Translations under genes and position numbers: made by a program
Shown here: positions 7,124 through 15,110 of the stretch, one piece after another
Layout: every line of letters starts with the position of its first letter
Numbering within the stretch: position 1 is the stretch's first letter
The notes under the pieces: model-generated
The model's input: only the letters and a program-made list of their open reading frames with translations
Told to the model about the DNA's origin: nothing
The model's database searches: none
Assembly (NCBI RefSeq): GCF_000582685.1
Contig: NZ_KK073768.1
Location: 748,509-779,179, forward strand
From: [Scytonema hofmanni] UTEX 2349
GTDB lineage: Bacteria > Cyanobacteriota > Cyanobacteriia > Cyanobacteriales > Nostocaceae
Direction of reading: 5' to 3'
Length of the DNA stretch: 30,671 bases

Positions 7124-9454
7124 ATGAGTAGAAAGAAGTTTGTAGTCAGGGCTTCAGCCCTTAAAATTATGATGAGTGCTAAAGCCCTCACTACGGTTAT
7201 CGTAATCCTGCTATTATGCGTGACAGTACGCTTATTGCCATACCTTGCACCAATTCGTACCGCAGATATTGCCCAAGATAAACAAGCGATCGCTTTTACA
7301 GATCGCAATGGGTTATTATTAGGAACGCTACTCACACGCGATCGCGAACATACCGCAGTCGTACCATTAAATCAAGTTTCCCCCGAATTTATCCAGGCGA
7401 TTTTAGCGGCGGAAGATGGTACGTTTTATCACCACGGCGCACTAGATTTAAAAGCGATCGCTCGCGCTATCAAAGACGCAATTCACGCGAAACGAATAGT
7501 TTCGGGTGCTTCTACCATCACCATGCAACTAGCCCGCATGTTGGATTCACTGCCCCGCACGGTATCAGGTAAAACTCAGGAAATTTGGTTATCTTGGCGG
7601 TTAACAGCCGGAATGAATAAAGATGATATCCTCAGTGCATATATCAATCGTTTACCAATGGGAGGAAATATCTATGGTGTAGAAGCTGCATCTCGCATCT
7701 ATTTTTCCATACCCGCAAGTGATTTGAATCTCCCACAAGCAAGTTTATTAGCTGCTATCCCCAATAATCCCACTTATTTTAATCCTTACGAACATTATCA
7801 ACGGTTGAAACAGCGACAAAAATACGTCCTTAATCGAATGATACAGGATGGGTATATCACCAGGGCGATCGCCGAACGAGCATACACCGAAAAAGTTATA
7901 TTTGCATCTCGTCAACCGGGAATCATTGCCGCACCACATTTTTTATTTTGGCTGTCAACTTCCCTTAACAAATCTTCATCTCCCATCCGCACCACCATCA
8001 ATCGTCCTTTACAGCAGTTTGTGGAAGCGCAAGTACAGCAAATACTTACTAACCTTGCTGCAAATAACGTTCATGACGCAGCTGCTTTAGTAATTGACAA
8101 CCACACCGGCGAAGTTTTAGCTTATGTCGGTTCCCCTGATTATTTTAACGAAGCCAAACTCGGACGTAATGATGGAGTTCAGGCGTTGCGTCAACCAGGT
8201 TCTACACTCAAGCCGTTTTTATATGAGTTAGCTTTAGAGAAATCTGTAATCCGTCCCAACTCTATTTTAGCAGATGTACCCGCAAATTACGCAATTTCTG
8301 GGGCGAAACTTTACAGTCCTACAGATTATACGCGAAGCTTTACAGGACCTGTGCGGGTGCGCGTTGCTTTAGCGAATTCCCTGAATGTACCAGCAGTCAG
8401 GGTTTTAGAAAAGGTTGGTGTGCAGACTTTCTTGAATCGTCTGCGTGACTTGGGGTTTGCACACTTGACTCAGTCGGCAGAATATTATGGGTTGGGTTTG
8501 ACTTTGGGTAGTGGGGAAGTCAGTTTATGGGAATTAGCTAAAGCTTATGTAAGTATGGCACGACAAGGACAAGCCACCCAAATTATAACCACATTTCCTC
8601 CTCTCCCCCTCTCCCCCACTCCACGCCAGTCGCTACAACGGAGGGAACCTCCGCAACGCGCTGGCTCCCCCCTCTCCCCGACGATGTGGGAATTGATTGT
8701 TGACATGTTGAGCGATCGCTATGCTCGTGCGGCAGCTTTTGGTGTAGACTCGGTACTAAATTTACCATTTGCCACTGCGGTCAAAACAGGCACATCTTCT
8801 AATTTTCGTGATACATGGACTGTCGGCTTTTCTAGCGATTACACAGTGGCTACCTGGGTAGGTAATTTCGACGGGGAACCCATGCGTCAAGTCTCTGGTG
8901 TTACAGGTGCAGCGCCTTTGTGGAATCGAATTATGTTACATTTACACTCCTCCCAAGAACCAGCTAATTTTCCTCCTCCATCAGGGATGGTGAAACTACC
9001 TATTTGTGCAATTTCTGGGTTAAAACCTACACCTGATTGCACTTCAGTTGTGGAAGAATATTTTTACCCAGAAGACAAAAGCAACTATGAACGTCTTGAG
9101 TTGAATTTACCCGGTGAGTATGATGAATGGTTAGCAAGACAAAATCAATTCAATTTAACTTCTCACAACTTCAAAATTTTATCGCCTCATAATCGCGATT
9201 TATTCTTATTATATCCAGGTGAAGAAGGAAAGCAAAAATTAGAATTTAAGGTAGGGGGAATAACATCTAAACCTGTAGAATGGTGGTTGAACGATCAAAA
9301 GTTAGATACATCAGCTAATGCCTTGTTTTGGACATTGCGTCCCGGTAACTGGACTTTATCAGCAAAAAGTGGTGAAATCAGCGACAAAGTTACTTTTCAA
9401 GTACAGTTAGCAAATACAAAACCCACACGTCGCGGCTTTTCTGTAGTTAAATAG
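7124..9454 (+). CDS. pbpC: Penicillin-binding protein 1C (bifunctional GT51 transglycosylase / transpeptidase)
   Basis: GT51 motifs: EDGTFYHHGALD, GASTITMQLAR, GKTQE. Transpeptidase motifs: STLK (SxxK), SLN (SxN), KTGTS (KTG). A C-terminal beta-rich PbpC-type extension is present. An N-terminal TM anchor (ALTTVIVILLLCVTV) follows the alternative ATGs at 7169 and 7172, so the true start may be 7169 rather than 7124. Confidence 0.9.
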   Translation: MSRKKFVVRASALKIMMSAKALTTVIVILLLCVTVRLLPYLAPIRTADIAQDKQAIAFTDRNGLLLGTLLTRDREHTAVVPLNQVSPEFIQAILAAEDGTFYHHGALDLKAIARAIKDAIHAKRIVSGASTITMQLARMLDSLPRTVSGKTQEIWLSWRLTAGMNKDDILSAYINRLPMGGNIYGVEAASRIYFSIPASDLNLPQASLLAAIPNNPTYFNPYEHYQRLKQRQKYVLNRMIQDGYITRAIAERAYTEKVIFASRQPGIIAAPHFLFWLSTSLNKSSSPIRTTINRPLQQFVEAQVQQILTNLAANNVHDAAALVIDNHTGEVLAYVGSPDYFNEAKLGRNDGVQALRQPGSTLKPFLYELALEKSVIRPNSILADVPANYAISGAKLYSPTDYTRSFTGPVRVRVALANSLNVPAVRVLEKVGVQTFLNRLRDLGFAHLTQSAEYYGLGLTLGSGEVSLWELAKAYVSMARQGQATQIITTFPPLPLSPTPRQSLQRREPPQRAGSPLSPTMWELIVDMLSDRYARAAAFGVDSVLNLPFATAVKTGTSSNFRDTWTVGFSSDYTVATWVGNFDGEPMRQVSGVTGAAPLWNRIMLHLHSSQEPANFPPPSGMVKLPICAISGLKPTPDCTSVVEEYFYPEDKSNYERLELNLPGEYDEWLARQNQFNLTSHNFKILSPHNRDLFLLYPGEEGKQKLEFKVGGITSKPVEWWLNDQKLDTSANALFWTLRPGNWTLSAKSGEISDKVTFQVQLANTKPTRRGFSVVK
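7142..7194. repeat. Dispersed hairpin-repeat pair (GTAGTCAGGGCTTCAGCCCT ... GCTAAAGCCCTCACTAC) overlapping the pbpC 5' end
   Basis: The two GC-rich half-palindromes belong to the same family as 12326-12377 (TAGTCAGGACTGAAGT) and 20987-21009 (TGAGGACTTTAGTCCTCACTAC). They lie between the first ATG (7124) and the TM anchor. Confidence 0.55.
8597..8679. mobile_element. Small hairpin element inserted in frame within the pbpC transpeptidase domain
   Basis: The hairpin core is GCCAG-tc-GC-tacaac-GGAGG-gaa-CCTCC-gcaac-GCg-CTGGC (8625-8665). C/T-rich direct repeats flank it (ctccccctctccccc at 8604-8618 and ctcccccctctcccc at 8665-8679). It encodes the low-complexity P/S/R-rich stretch PPLPLSPTPRQSLQRREPPQRAGSPLSPT between the SxN and KTG motifs. 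Confidence 0.5.
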
Positions 9455-9473
9455 ACATCTGGTGAAAAAGAAT

Positions 9474-9528
9474 GTAGAGACGCGAAATTTCGCGTCTCTA
9501 CAAGGGAAATTTCGCGTCTCTACAAGGG
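9474..9528. repeat. Perfect palindrome GTAGAGACGCGAAATTTCGCGTCTCTAC followed by a 22-nt tandem duplication of its right half
   Basis: 9474-9501 is a 28-nt perfect palindrome starting 20 nt after the pbpC stop. AAATTTCGCGTCTCTACAAGGG occurs at 9485-9506 and again at 9507-9528. It is a member of the GTAGAGACG hairpin family (also 9799-9830, 17319-17347, 18465-18493, 19244-19271, 20818-20846, 20921-20974). Confidence 0.85.
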
Positions 9529-9538
9529 TTTCGCGTAA

Positions 9539-9749
9539 GGAGGCAGGAGGAGGAAGGCAGGAGGCAGGAGGTAATCCCCATAAATAAATTTAGGGGATTT
9601 ATAATGGACGCTGTATTTTTTGCGCTGCGCGTCTCAAAATACATTTTTTATCTTTATTCATAAATAAATTTAGGGGCTTTAAACCCGTTTGGCAGAGGGC
9701 AAAAAATATATTTTCTTCCTCCTGCCTTCTGCCTCCTGCCCTCTGCCTT
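9539..9749. mobile_element. MITE-like element with purine-rich terminal inverted repeats
   Basis: The left end ggaggcaggaggaggaaggcaggaggcaggagg is an imperfect inverted match to the right end cttcctcctgccttctgcctcctgccctctgcc. There is an internal direct repeat cataaataaatttagggg (about 9579 and about 9659) and an internal hairpin aatcccc...ggggatt. No ORF is present. Confidence 0.45.
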
Positions 9750-9798
9750 TCTTCGGTAACGCATAATTAATTTCTGGAGATGTCTATTGTGGAAAAAA

Positions 9799-9830
9799 TG
9801 TACCAGACGTAGCAATGCTACGTCTCTTGG
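9799..9830. repeat. Degenerate copy of the GTAGAGACG hairpin family
   Basis: In gtaccagacgtagcaatgctacgtctcttgg the stem is agacgtagc/gctacgtct. The leader tgtggaaaaaatgta resembles tggtgaaaaagaatgta, which precedes the copy at 9474. Confidence 0.6.
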
Positions 9831-10003
9831 GGATCTGAAATTGATTTAGGACTGCAAATTTATTTCTTTTTTTCAGGAAATAGCTATCTCAAGAGTGAAT
9901 AGATAAGTAAAGGCTTAGGCTTTAATTGTAAATTAAGGGATGCTACTGTGATTTTTCCGCTTAGAGTAACTAAAATCTCAGTTGCAACAGGAAGGTAAAT
10001 AAA

Positions 10004-10168
10004 ATGACAACCACACAAACTAGCTCAAAGAAAACAGAAAATAAATCAGCCAAGAAGAAACAACAGTCTTCTCATCAGACAGATATTGGTAGTCCTAAAG
10101 TACCAGTTCACCAACGCAAAACGAACCAGCAATATGAAGTCTTAAGTGACTGGAACCATTCAAGTTAG
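10004..10168 (+). CDS. Possible small basic protein, 54 aa (MTTTQTSSKKTENKSAKKKQQSSHQTDIGSPKVPVHQRKTNQQYEVLSDWNHSS)
   Basis: The ATG is preceded by caggaaggtaaataaa, an SD-like AGGAAGG 8 nt upstream. The ORF is below the ORF-track length cutoff. It is followed by a hairpin plus T-run at 10199-10228. Low complexity and no recognisable family. Confidence 0.3.
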   Translation: MTTTQTSSKKTENKSAKKKQQSSHQTDIGSPKVPVHQRKTNQQYEVLSDWNHSS

Positions 10169-10198
10169 TAAACTCAAACATGGTGTTTGCTGGTTCTA

Positions 10199-10228
10199 AG
10201 CTGGATAATTTATCTATCCTAGCTTTTT
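10199..10228 (+). terminator. Weak intrinsic-terminator-like hairpin between the convergent small ORF and kinase gene
   Basis: The imperfect stem is agctggata ... tatcctagct, followed by tttt. Confidence 0.3.
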
Positions 10229-10237
10229 GTATCTTCA

Positions 10238-12046
10238 CTATCTAATATTCACCTCTTGCATGTAATTTCCTGGCTGAAAATTGTCCACCTTAGTAGCGGT
10301 TTTGCTGTGAATGAATGAATCTGTCCACATAGCTTTGGCTATTGGTGATGTCGCTACTTTTTCATCTTGTGGAAGTTGCGATCGCCTGTTGTCATCATTA
10401 GGACTTTTCTTAGCTTGTAGACGCTGCTTTTGCGTATACTCAATTAGTTTAGCTTGGGCTTGAGCATAAATTGAAGTACCTGGGGAAACTTGTTGGAGAA
10501 ACTCCACAGCACCATTAAAGTCACCTGCTGCTGCTTTGTTGTAAGCCTTTTGAACTAAGTAAGCGGCTCTAATTTGCTGCTTTTGATTGTATTCAGTCAA
10601 CTTTTGTTGAACTATAGTTTTAGAAGAGCTTTCTTGGGGAATTTGCTGCAAGTAGTTTAAAGCACTAGAGAAATCTTTTTCACCTGCTTCTTGGTAAGCC
10701 TTGGCTAATAAGTCTTTTGACTCGACTTCGAGATTAGCGCGTGCAGTTTTAACTAATTTATCACATTTCGATTGCCAATATAAAATATCCGGAACCTGAG
10801 GAGCAGTACGAAGTACATCCCTCCAACGATTTTCGTTAAAGGCATTTTCAACAGCTTGGTAACGTTGTGCTGCTACTTTCCATTGTTGTTGCCATTTGTC
10901 AATTGTGGTTTGAGCTTCGGGATAAACGTTGCTGTTTGGCTTAATTGATCGTGCTAAAGCGATCGCTCCTTCTAAATTTCCCGCTTGATATTGTTCTGTT
11001 GCTTTATATAAAGCTTCTGTTTCTGAATACGCTGGAGAATTATTAGCTAAAGAATATACTCCTAATCCCATCACCAAGGAATTAGCCGCTAATCCTACCC
11101 TCATTCCTGTGAGTAGGGAAGGTGATTTTATAAACTTAAACCCTCCTTGAGAGTTCTCACCTGTGGACACACTATATTCTACATCTAATATTTCCGACTT
11201 ATCCAAAGGTATTTGCTTGAGGACTTGCAACACCTCAACCACTGTCTGAAAGCGCTCTCTGTGGTTGTAACGAATCATTTGGCTGAGGACAGCAGCTAGA
11301 TAATCATTAACTGGTGTCTCACTCAAACGCCAATAAATATCATTTGTGTAAGGATCTATTTTTAATTGTAACGGTGTTAACCCTGTTAAACTTTGGATAG
11401 CAATCATGCCCAAAGAATAAATATCACTATTGGGCTGCGCTTGACTAATAAACTGCTCTGGGGGTATATATCCCAAAGAGGTGACGGGAAGTCGATAAAT
11501 CGGCATTGCCGCATCTACACCAAAATCGACCGGCTGAATTGAACCAAAGTCGATCAAAACTAACTTACCATCACAAGCGCGTCTGATCAAGTTTTCCGGT
11601 TTGACGTCGCAGTGAATAACTCCTTGGGAGTGAACAAATTCGAGAATTTCGAGAACATCATTGAGAAATTGGATAACTTCGCTTTCGCTCCAAAGACTCC
11701 CCCATTCTCGACCCATCGGCAATTCAGCCGTCAACGCATGTCCTTCAATAAACTCTTGTACTAAATAGAATCTTTCATTTTCTTCAAAACAACCAAGAAG
11801 TTCAGGAATCTGGTTATGGTGCCCCAACTGCTTGAGAGTTTCGGTTTCCGTAAGAAAGCGCAACCTGAGTGTGTCCAAGTAACTCGGTTGAGAACCAGTC
11901 ACTTTTAGCTGCTTAACTACGCATTTTGGATTCTCAGGGTGATCTATGTCTACGGCGATGTATGTTTGTCCAAATACCCCGGCACCGAGGGCTTGAACGA
12001 TTTGGTACCGTCCTTGTAGTACTTTACCGATCATGTATTGAGTCAT
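10238..12046 (-). CDS. Hanks-type Ser/Thr protein kinase with a TM segment and C-terminal helical (TPR-like) repeats
   Basis: Kinase motifs: G-loop LGAGVFGQTY, VVKQLK lysine, HCDVKPENL catalytic loop, DFGS, GYIPPEQ. A TM-like segment follows (GLAANSLVMGLGVYSL). Three related modules of about 55 aa follow (for example YQAGNLEGAIALARSI, GEKDFSSALNYLQQI, AAGDFNGAVEFLQQV). Confidence 0.9.
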   Translation of the reverse strand: MTQYMIGKVLQGRYQIVQALGAGVFGQTYIAVDIDHPENPKCVVKQLKVTGSQPSYLDTLRLRFLTETETLKQLGHHNQIPELLGCFEENERFYLVQEFIEGHALTAELPMGREWGSLWSESEVIQFLNDVLEILEFVHSQGVIHCDVKPENLIRRACDGKLVLIDFGSIQPVDFGVDAAMPIYRLPVTSLGYIPPEQFISQAQPNSDIYSLGMIAIQSLTGLTPLQLKIDPYTNDIYWRLSETPVNDYLAAVLSQMIRYNHRERFQTVVEVLQVLKQIPLDKSEILDVEYSVSTGENSQGGFKFIKSPSLLTGMRVGLAANSLVMGLGVYSLANNSPAYSETEALYKATEQYQAGNLEGAIALARSIKPNSNVYPEAQTTIDKWQQQWKVAAQRYQAVENAFNENRWRDVLRTAPQVPDILYWQSKCDKLVKTARANLEVESKDLLAKAYQEAGEKDFSSALNYLQQIPQESSSKTIVQQKLTEYNQKQQIRAAYLVQKAYNKAAAGDFNGAVEFLQQVSPGTSIYAQAQAKLIEYTQKQRLQAKKSPNDDNRRSQLPQDEKVATSPIAKAMWTDSFIHSKTATKVDNFQPGNYMQEVNIR

Positions 12047-12325
12047 GAGGAGGTTATTGGGTAAGTCGTTATTTAGGTTTTCTCACGTTACCCGGTTTTT
12101 CCGGAAACCCTTATGAATTATTCAATATAGCGCTGATTCATTCGATAAATTTTTATAAATTTCTGCGTATAAATACGTAATTATTTGCAATAAATTTATA
12201 AAATTAATCACAAAAAAATAAACACAGGTCAGGTATGAAATATTGTCCCTCCTATCGAATATCGACATTATTCTTCACATATCTAGTATGCCAGTTTAGG
12301 TATCTGGTGCTTTGTAAATATTTTG

Positions 12326-12377
12326 TAGTCAGGACTGAAGTTCTCATCTTACCAGACAAAGACTTCAGTCCTGACTA
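12326..12377. repeat. 16-bp perfect inverted repeat TAGTCAGGACTGAAGT / ACTTCAGTCCTGACTA with a 20-nt loop
   Basis: Read directly from the sequence. It lies between the ABC gene stop (12433) and the kinase promoter region. A T7 run follows on the + strand. Same family as 7142-7194 and 20987-21009. Confidence 0.8.
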
Positions 12378-12432
12378 GGATATTTTTTTATGACTAATTA
12401 AACGTTGACCTTAATCCCCCTCCCCCACTCCC

Positions 12433-14265
12433 CTACTGATACCCCGCTGCTTGCAATAAAAATAATGAAGCATACCGTCCCTCAGCTTGCAATAACTCTT
12501 CGTGAGTTCCTTGTTCTGTCACTTCCCCATTTTCAATCACCACAATTCTATCAGCCATCCGCACTGTGGAAAAACGGTGCGAAATCAACAATACCATCTG
12601 ATTTTTGGTTAAAGTACGAAAATGATTGAAAATATCAAACTCAGCTTGAGCATCCATTGCTGATGTTGGTTCATCTAAAACCAAAATATCTGCACTATTT
12701 CGCATAAAAGCACGAGAAAGAGCTATTTTTTGCCACTGTCCCCCAGAAAGTTCTTGTCCACCACGGAACCATTTACCAAGTTGAGTTGTAAAACCTGCGG
12801 GTAACTTCAAGACGAAAGGTAGTGCCATGCCTTTTTCGGCAGCAATTTCCCAAAGTTCTCTATCTTCTAATCGTTCCACATCACCCACACCGATATTCTC
12901 GCCGACGGTGAATTGATAGCGAACAAAATTCTGGAAAATTACACCAATACGGCGCCGCAACACATCAACATCCCATTCTTGCAAATCTAAGCCATCAAGT
13001 AAGATGCGTCCAGAGTCTGGGTAATAAAGCCGAGTCAGCAGTTTAATTAAAGTCGTCTTCCCAGAACCATTTTCACCCACGATCGCTAGTTTTTCACCTG
13101 GTCGCAAATGTAGAGATATATTTCTTAATGCCGGTTGCGAATTTCCCGGATAGGTAAATGTCATGTTCTCAAAACGAATACCATCACCAGGTTTGACACC
13201 TTTAATCGCTTTACCTTTTGCCGTTGGTACTTCTTCTTCTAGAAAGTCGTACAGGTTGGAGAGATACAAGTTATCTTCGTACATCCCGCCGATGGAAGTC
13301 AACGCCCCGGAAAAAGTATTTTGTCCTTGGCGAAAGACGGTAAGATACATTGTCATATCTCCCAGAGTAATTTTACTAGCCACCGTTTCCAAGACAATCC
13401 AAGCGTAGGCGATGTAAAAACCAACAGTAGAAAGTAAACTTAATAGGTATCCCCACAATCCCCGACGCAAAGTTAAATCGCGATCTTCGCCATAAAGCCG
13501 ATTAAATAGAGCGTGATAACGCCCTAACAGCATATTCCCCAACTGATAGAGTTTGACTTCTTTGGCAAAATCTTCTCTGGCAAGCAGCGTTTCTAAATAA
13601 TGCTGTTCGCGGGTTTCTGGCGCCCGCCAACTAAATAGCCGGAATGCTTGTGCCGCAAACTTCGTTTCCACAAAGAATGCAGGCATCCCGGCTAAAATTA
13701 GAACTAGCAATGCCCAAACCGAAAACTTGACAAGCAAAGCTCCATATGTTATAAGTGATAAGGCACTTTGCACCAAGCCGAATGTGCGCGTTACCAAAGA
13801 AAGGGGACGAGTTGAAGCTTCCCGCCGCGCATTGGTTAATTTGTCGTAAAATTCCGAGTCCTCAAACTGGGTGAGATCCAAAGTGAGGGACTTTTCCAAG
13901 ATAAGAACGTTGACCCGCTGACCGAGTAGCACCCGCAATAAAGATTGACAGACGCTAAGTCCTCGTTGAGTGGCAGCTAATAAAGCAACAGCGATCGCTT
14001 CTAAGCCAACATACATTAGCGGATGATAGCTATTGACAAAATCACTACCAGGTGTATGTGATTGAGCGGCAAAAATGACCGCATCGACAATTAACTTACC
14101 GATGTAGGCGATCGCGGCAGGCAAAATACCACCCACTAAAGTTAAAGTGGCAAGAATAATAGTTAGAAAGCGGCTAGTAGTCCACACCAAGTTGACAGCA
14201 CGTCCACTGTAGCGGAATACAGCTAGTGATTGACGCAGAGCGTTTCGATTCTTTTGAGTCCTCAT
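12433..14265 (-). CDS. ABC transporter, fused permease/ATP-binding exporter (type I exporter, MsbA/MdlB-like)
   Basis: The N-terminal half has six predicted TM helices. Walker A is GENGSGKTT, the signature is LSGGQWQK, Walker B is ILVLDEPTS and the H-loop is SHR. There is no N-terminal C39 peptidase domain. Confidence 0.9.
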   Translation of the reverse strand: MRTQKNRNALRQSLAVFRYSGRAVNLVWTTSRFLTIILATLTLVGGILPAAIAYIGKLIVDAVIFAAQSHTPGSDFVNSYHPLMYVGLEAIAVALLAATQRGLSVCQSLLRVLLGQRVNVLILEKSLTLDLTQFEDSEFYDKLTNARREASTRPLSLVTRTFGLVQSALSLITYGALLVKFSVWALLVLILAGMPAFFVETKFAAQAFRLFSWRAPETREQHYLETLLAREDFAKEVKLYQLGNMLLGRYHALFNRLYGEDRDLTLRRGLWGYLLSLLSTVGFYIAYAWIVLETVASKITLGDMTMYLTVFRQGQNTFSGALTSIGGMYEDNLYLSNLYDFLEEEVPTAKGKAIKGVKPGDGIRFENMTFTYPGNSQPALRNISLHLRPGEKLAIVGENGSGKTTLIKLLTRLYYPDSGRILLDGLDLQEWDVDVLRRRIGVIFQNFVRYQFTVGENIGVGDVERLEDRELWEIAAEKGMALPFVLKLPAGFTTQLGKWFRGGQELSGGQWQKIALSRAFMRNSADILVLDEPTSAMDAQAEFDIFNHFRTLTKNQMVLLISHRFSTVRMADRIVVIENGEVTEQGTHEELLQAEGRYASLFLLQAAGYQ

Positions 14266-14296
14266 TATTCTTTTTATAGCGTGAAATTGCTTAGTT

Positions 14297-14310
14297 TGCC
14301 TATTTAGGCA
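14297..14310. promoter_or_regulatory. Candidate operator: inverted repeat TGCCTA-TT-TAGGCA in the divergent promoter region
   Basis: 6-2-6 inverted repeat between the ABC exporter start (14265) and the PD-(D/E)XK gene start (14418). No known regulator can be assigned. Confidence 0.2.
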
Positions 14311-14417
14311 TTCCCTCTTCAGGTGTATAAATCACAGCTACTCGTGTTTTACTGGACAAAGACCTAAGTTTTTTTAATTAACCACCAAAATGCTAAGACA
14401 GCAAGGAAATCGGTGAG

Positions 14418-15020
14418 ATGCCTTACAGTCAATTTACAATTGAACAAATCAAAACAAACTTTGGGATATCAATATCTGAACAATTCGGAACTTTTGCTGA
14501 GGTTGCAGAGATAAATTATAGCGATTTTCTCGCGCAATCTATCAAAGAATATTTGCCTTTAGCATTGGCAATTGATACAGAAAAAGCTCGTTCGGAATTG
14601 ATTGTGATGCCAATATTAGTAGAGCTTAAAAGACAACTTCCATCACAAATAAGTATATTTTCTGGCAGAGATTTTACTGTAGATTCAGCAAAAGGACTGA
14701 ATGGATTTTGCGATTTTCTGATTAGTCGTTCTCCAGAACAGATTTTGATTGAAGCGCCAGTAGTTACTTTAGTGGAAGCTAAAAATGATAACATCCAATC
14801 TGGATTAGGACAGTGTATGGCAGAAATGATCGCAGCTCAACTTTTTAATCAAAATAAAGGTAATCAAATTTCTACAATTTACGGTGTTATTACGACTGGG
14901 ACAAATTGGAGATTTTTGCGGCTGAAAGGTCAAATTATAGAGATAGATTTGAATGAATATTTTATCAGTCAGATAGGGCAAATTTTGGGTATTTTGAAAA
15001 GTACCGTTGTTGCTGAGTGA
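14418..15020 (+). CDS. Stand-alone PD-(D/E)XK nuclease-fold protein (type I restriction R-subunit N-terminal, HSDR_N-like domain)
   Basis: The ordered motifs are E60 (SELIVMPIL), D99 (FCDFLI), E120-x-K122 (LVEAKN), Q132, then TTGTNWRFLRL (the TNG..W.f signature of the HSDR_N family). SD-like AAGGAA lies 8 nt upstream of the ATG. The assignment is from motif pattern only. Confidence 0.6.
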   Translation: MPYSQFTIEQIKTNFGISISEQFGTFAEVAEINYSDFLAQSIKEYLPLALAIDTEKARSELIVMPILVELKRQLPSQISIFSGRDFTVDSAKGLNGFCDFLISRSPEQILIEAPVVTLVEAKNDNIQSGLGQCMAEMIAAQLFNQNKGNQISTIYGVITTGTNWRFLRLKGQIIEIDLNEYFISQIGQILGILKSTVVAE

Positions 15021-15110
15021 GAATTAATGCCCACTATGTTGGGTTTTCTGCCTCAAACCAACCTAGACGATCTACCTTATACTACAGATACAACCTCTTA
15101 CTAGCACACC

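Noticed and set aside
7120-7335. 71-aa minus-strand ORF overlapping the pbpC start
   Set aside because: It is antisense to the pbpC TM-anchor region and runs through the hairpin repeat. No support beyond being open.
8583-8768. 61-aa minus-strand ORF within pbpC
   Set aside because: It is kept open by the GC-rich inserted hairpin element. It is antisense to a gene with intact catalytic motifs.
12433-14265. ABC exporter plus flanking kinases as a bacteriocin or lanthipeptide export/immunity cluster
   Set aside because: The exporter has no N-terminal C39 peptidase domain. No precursor-peptide-like small ORF, LanM/LanB/cyclodehydratase or immunity genes are nearby.
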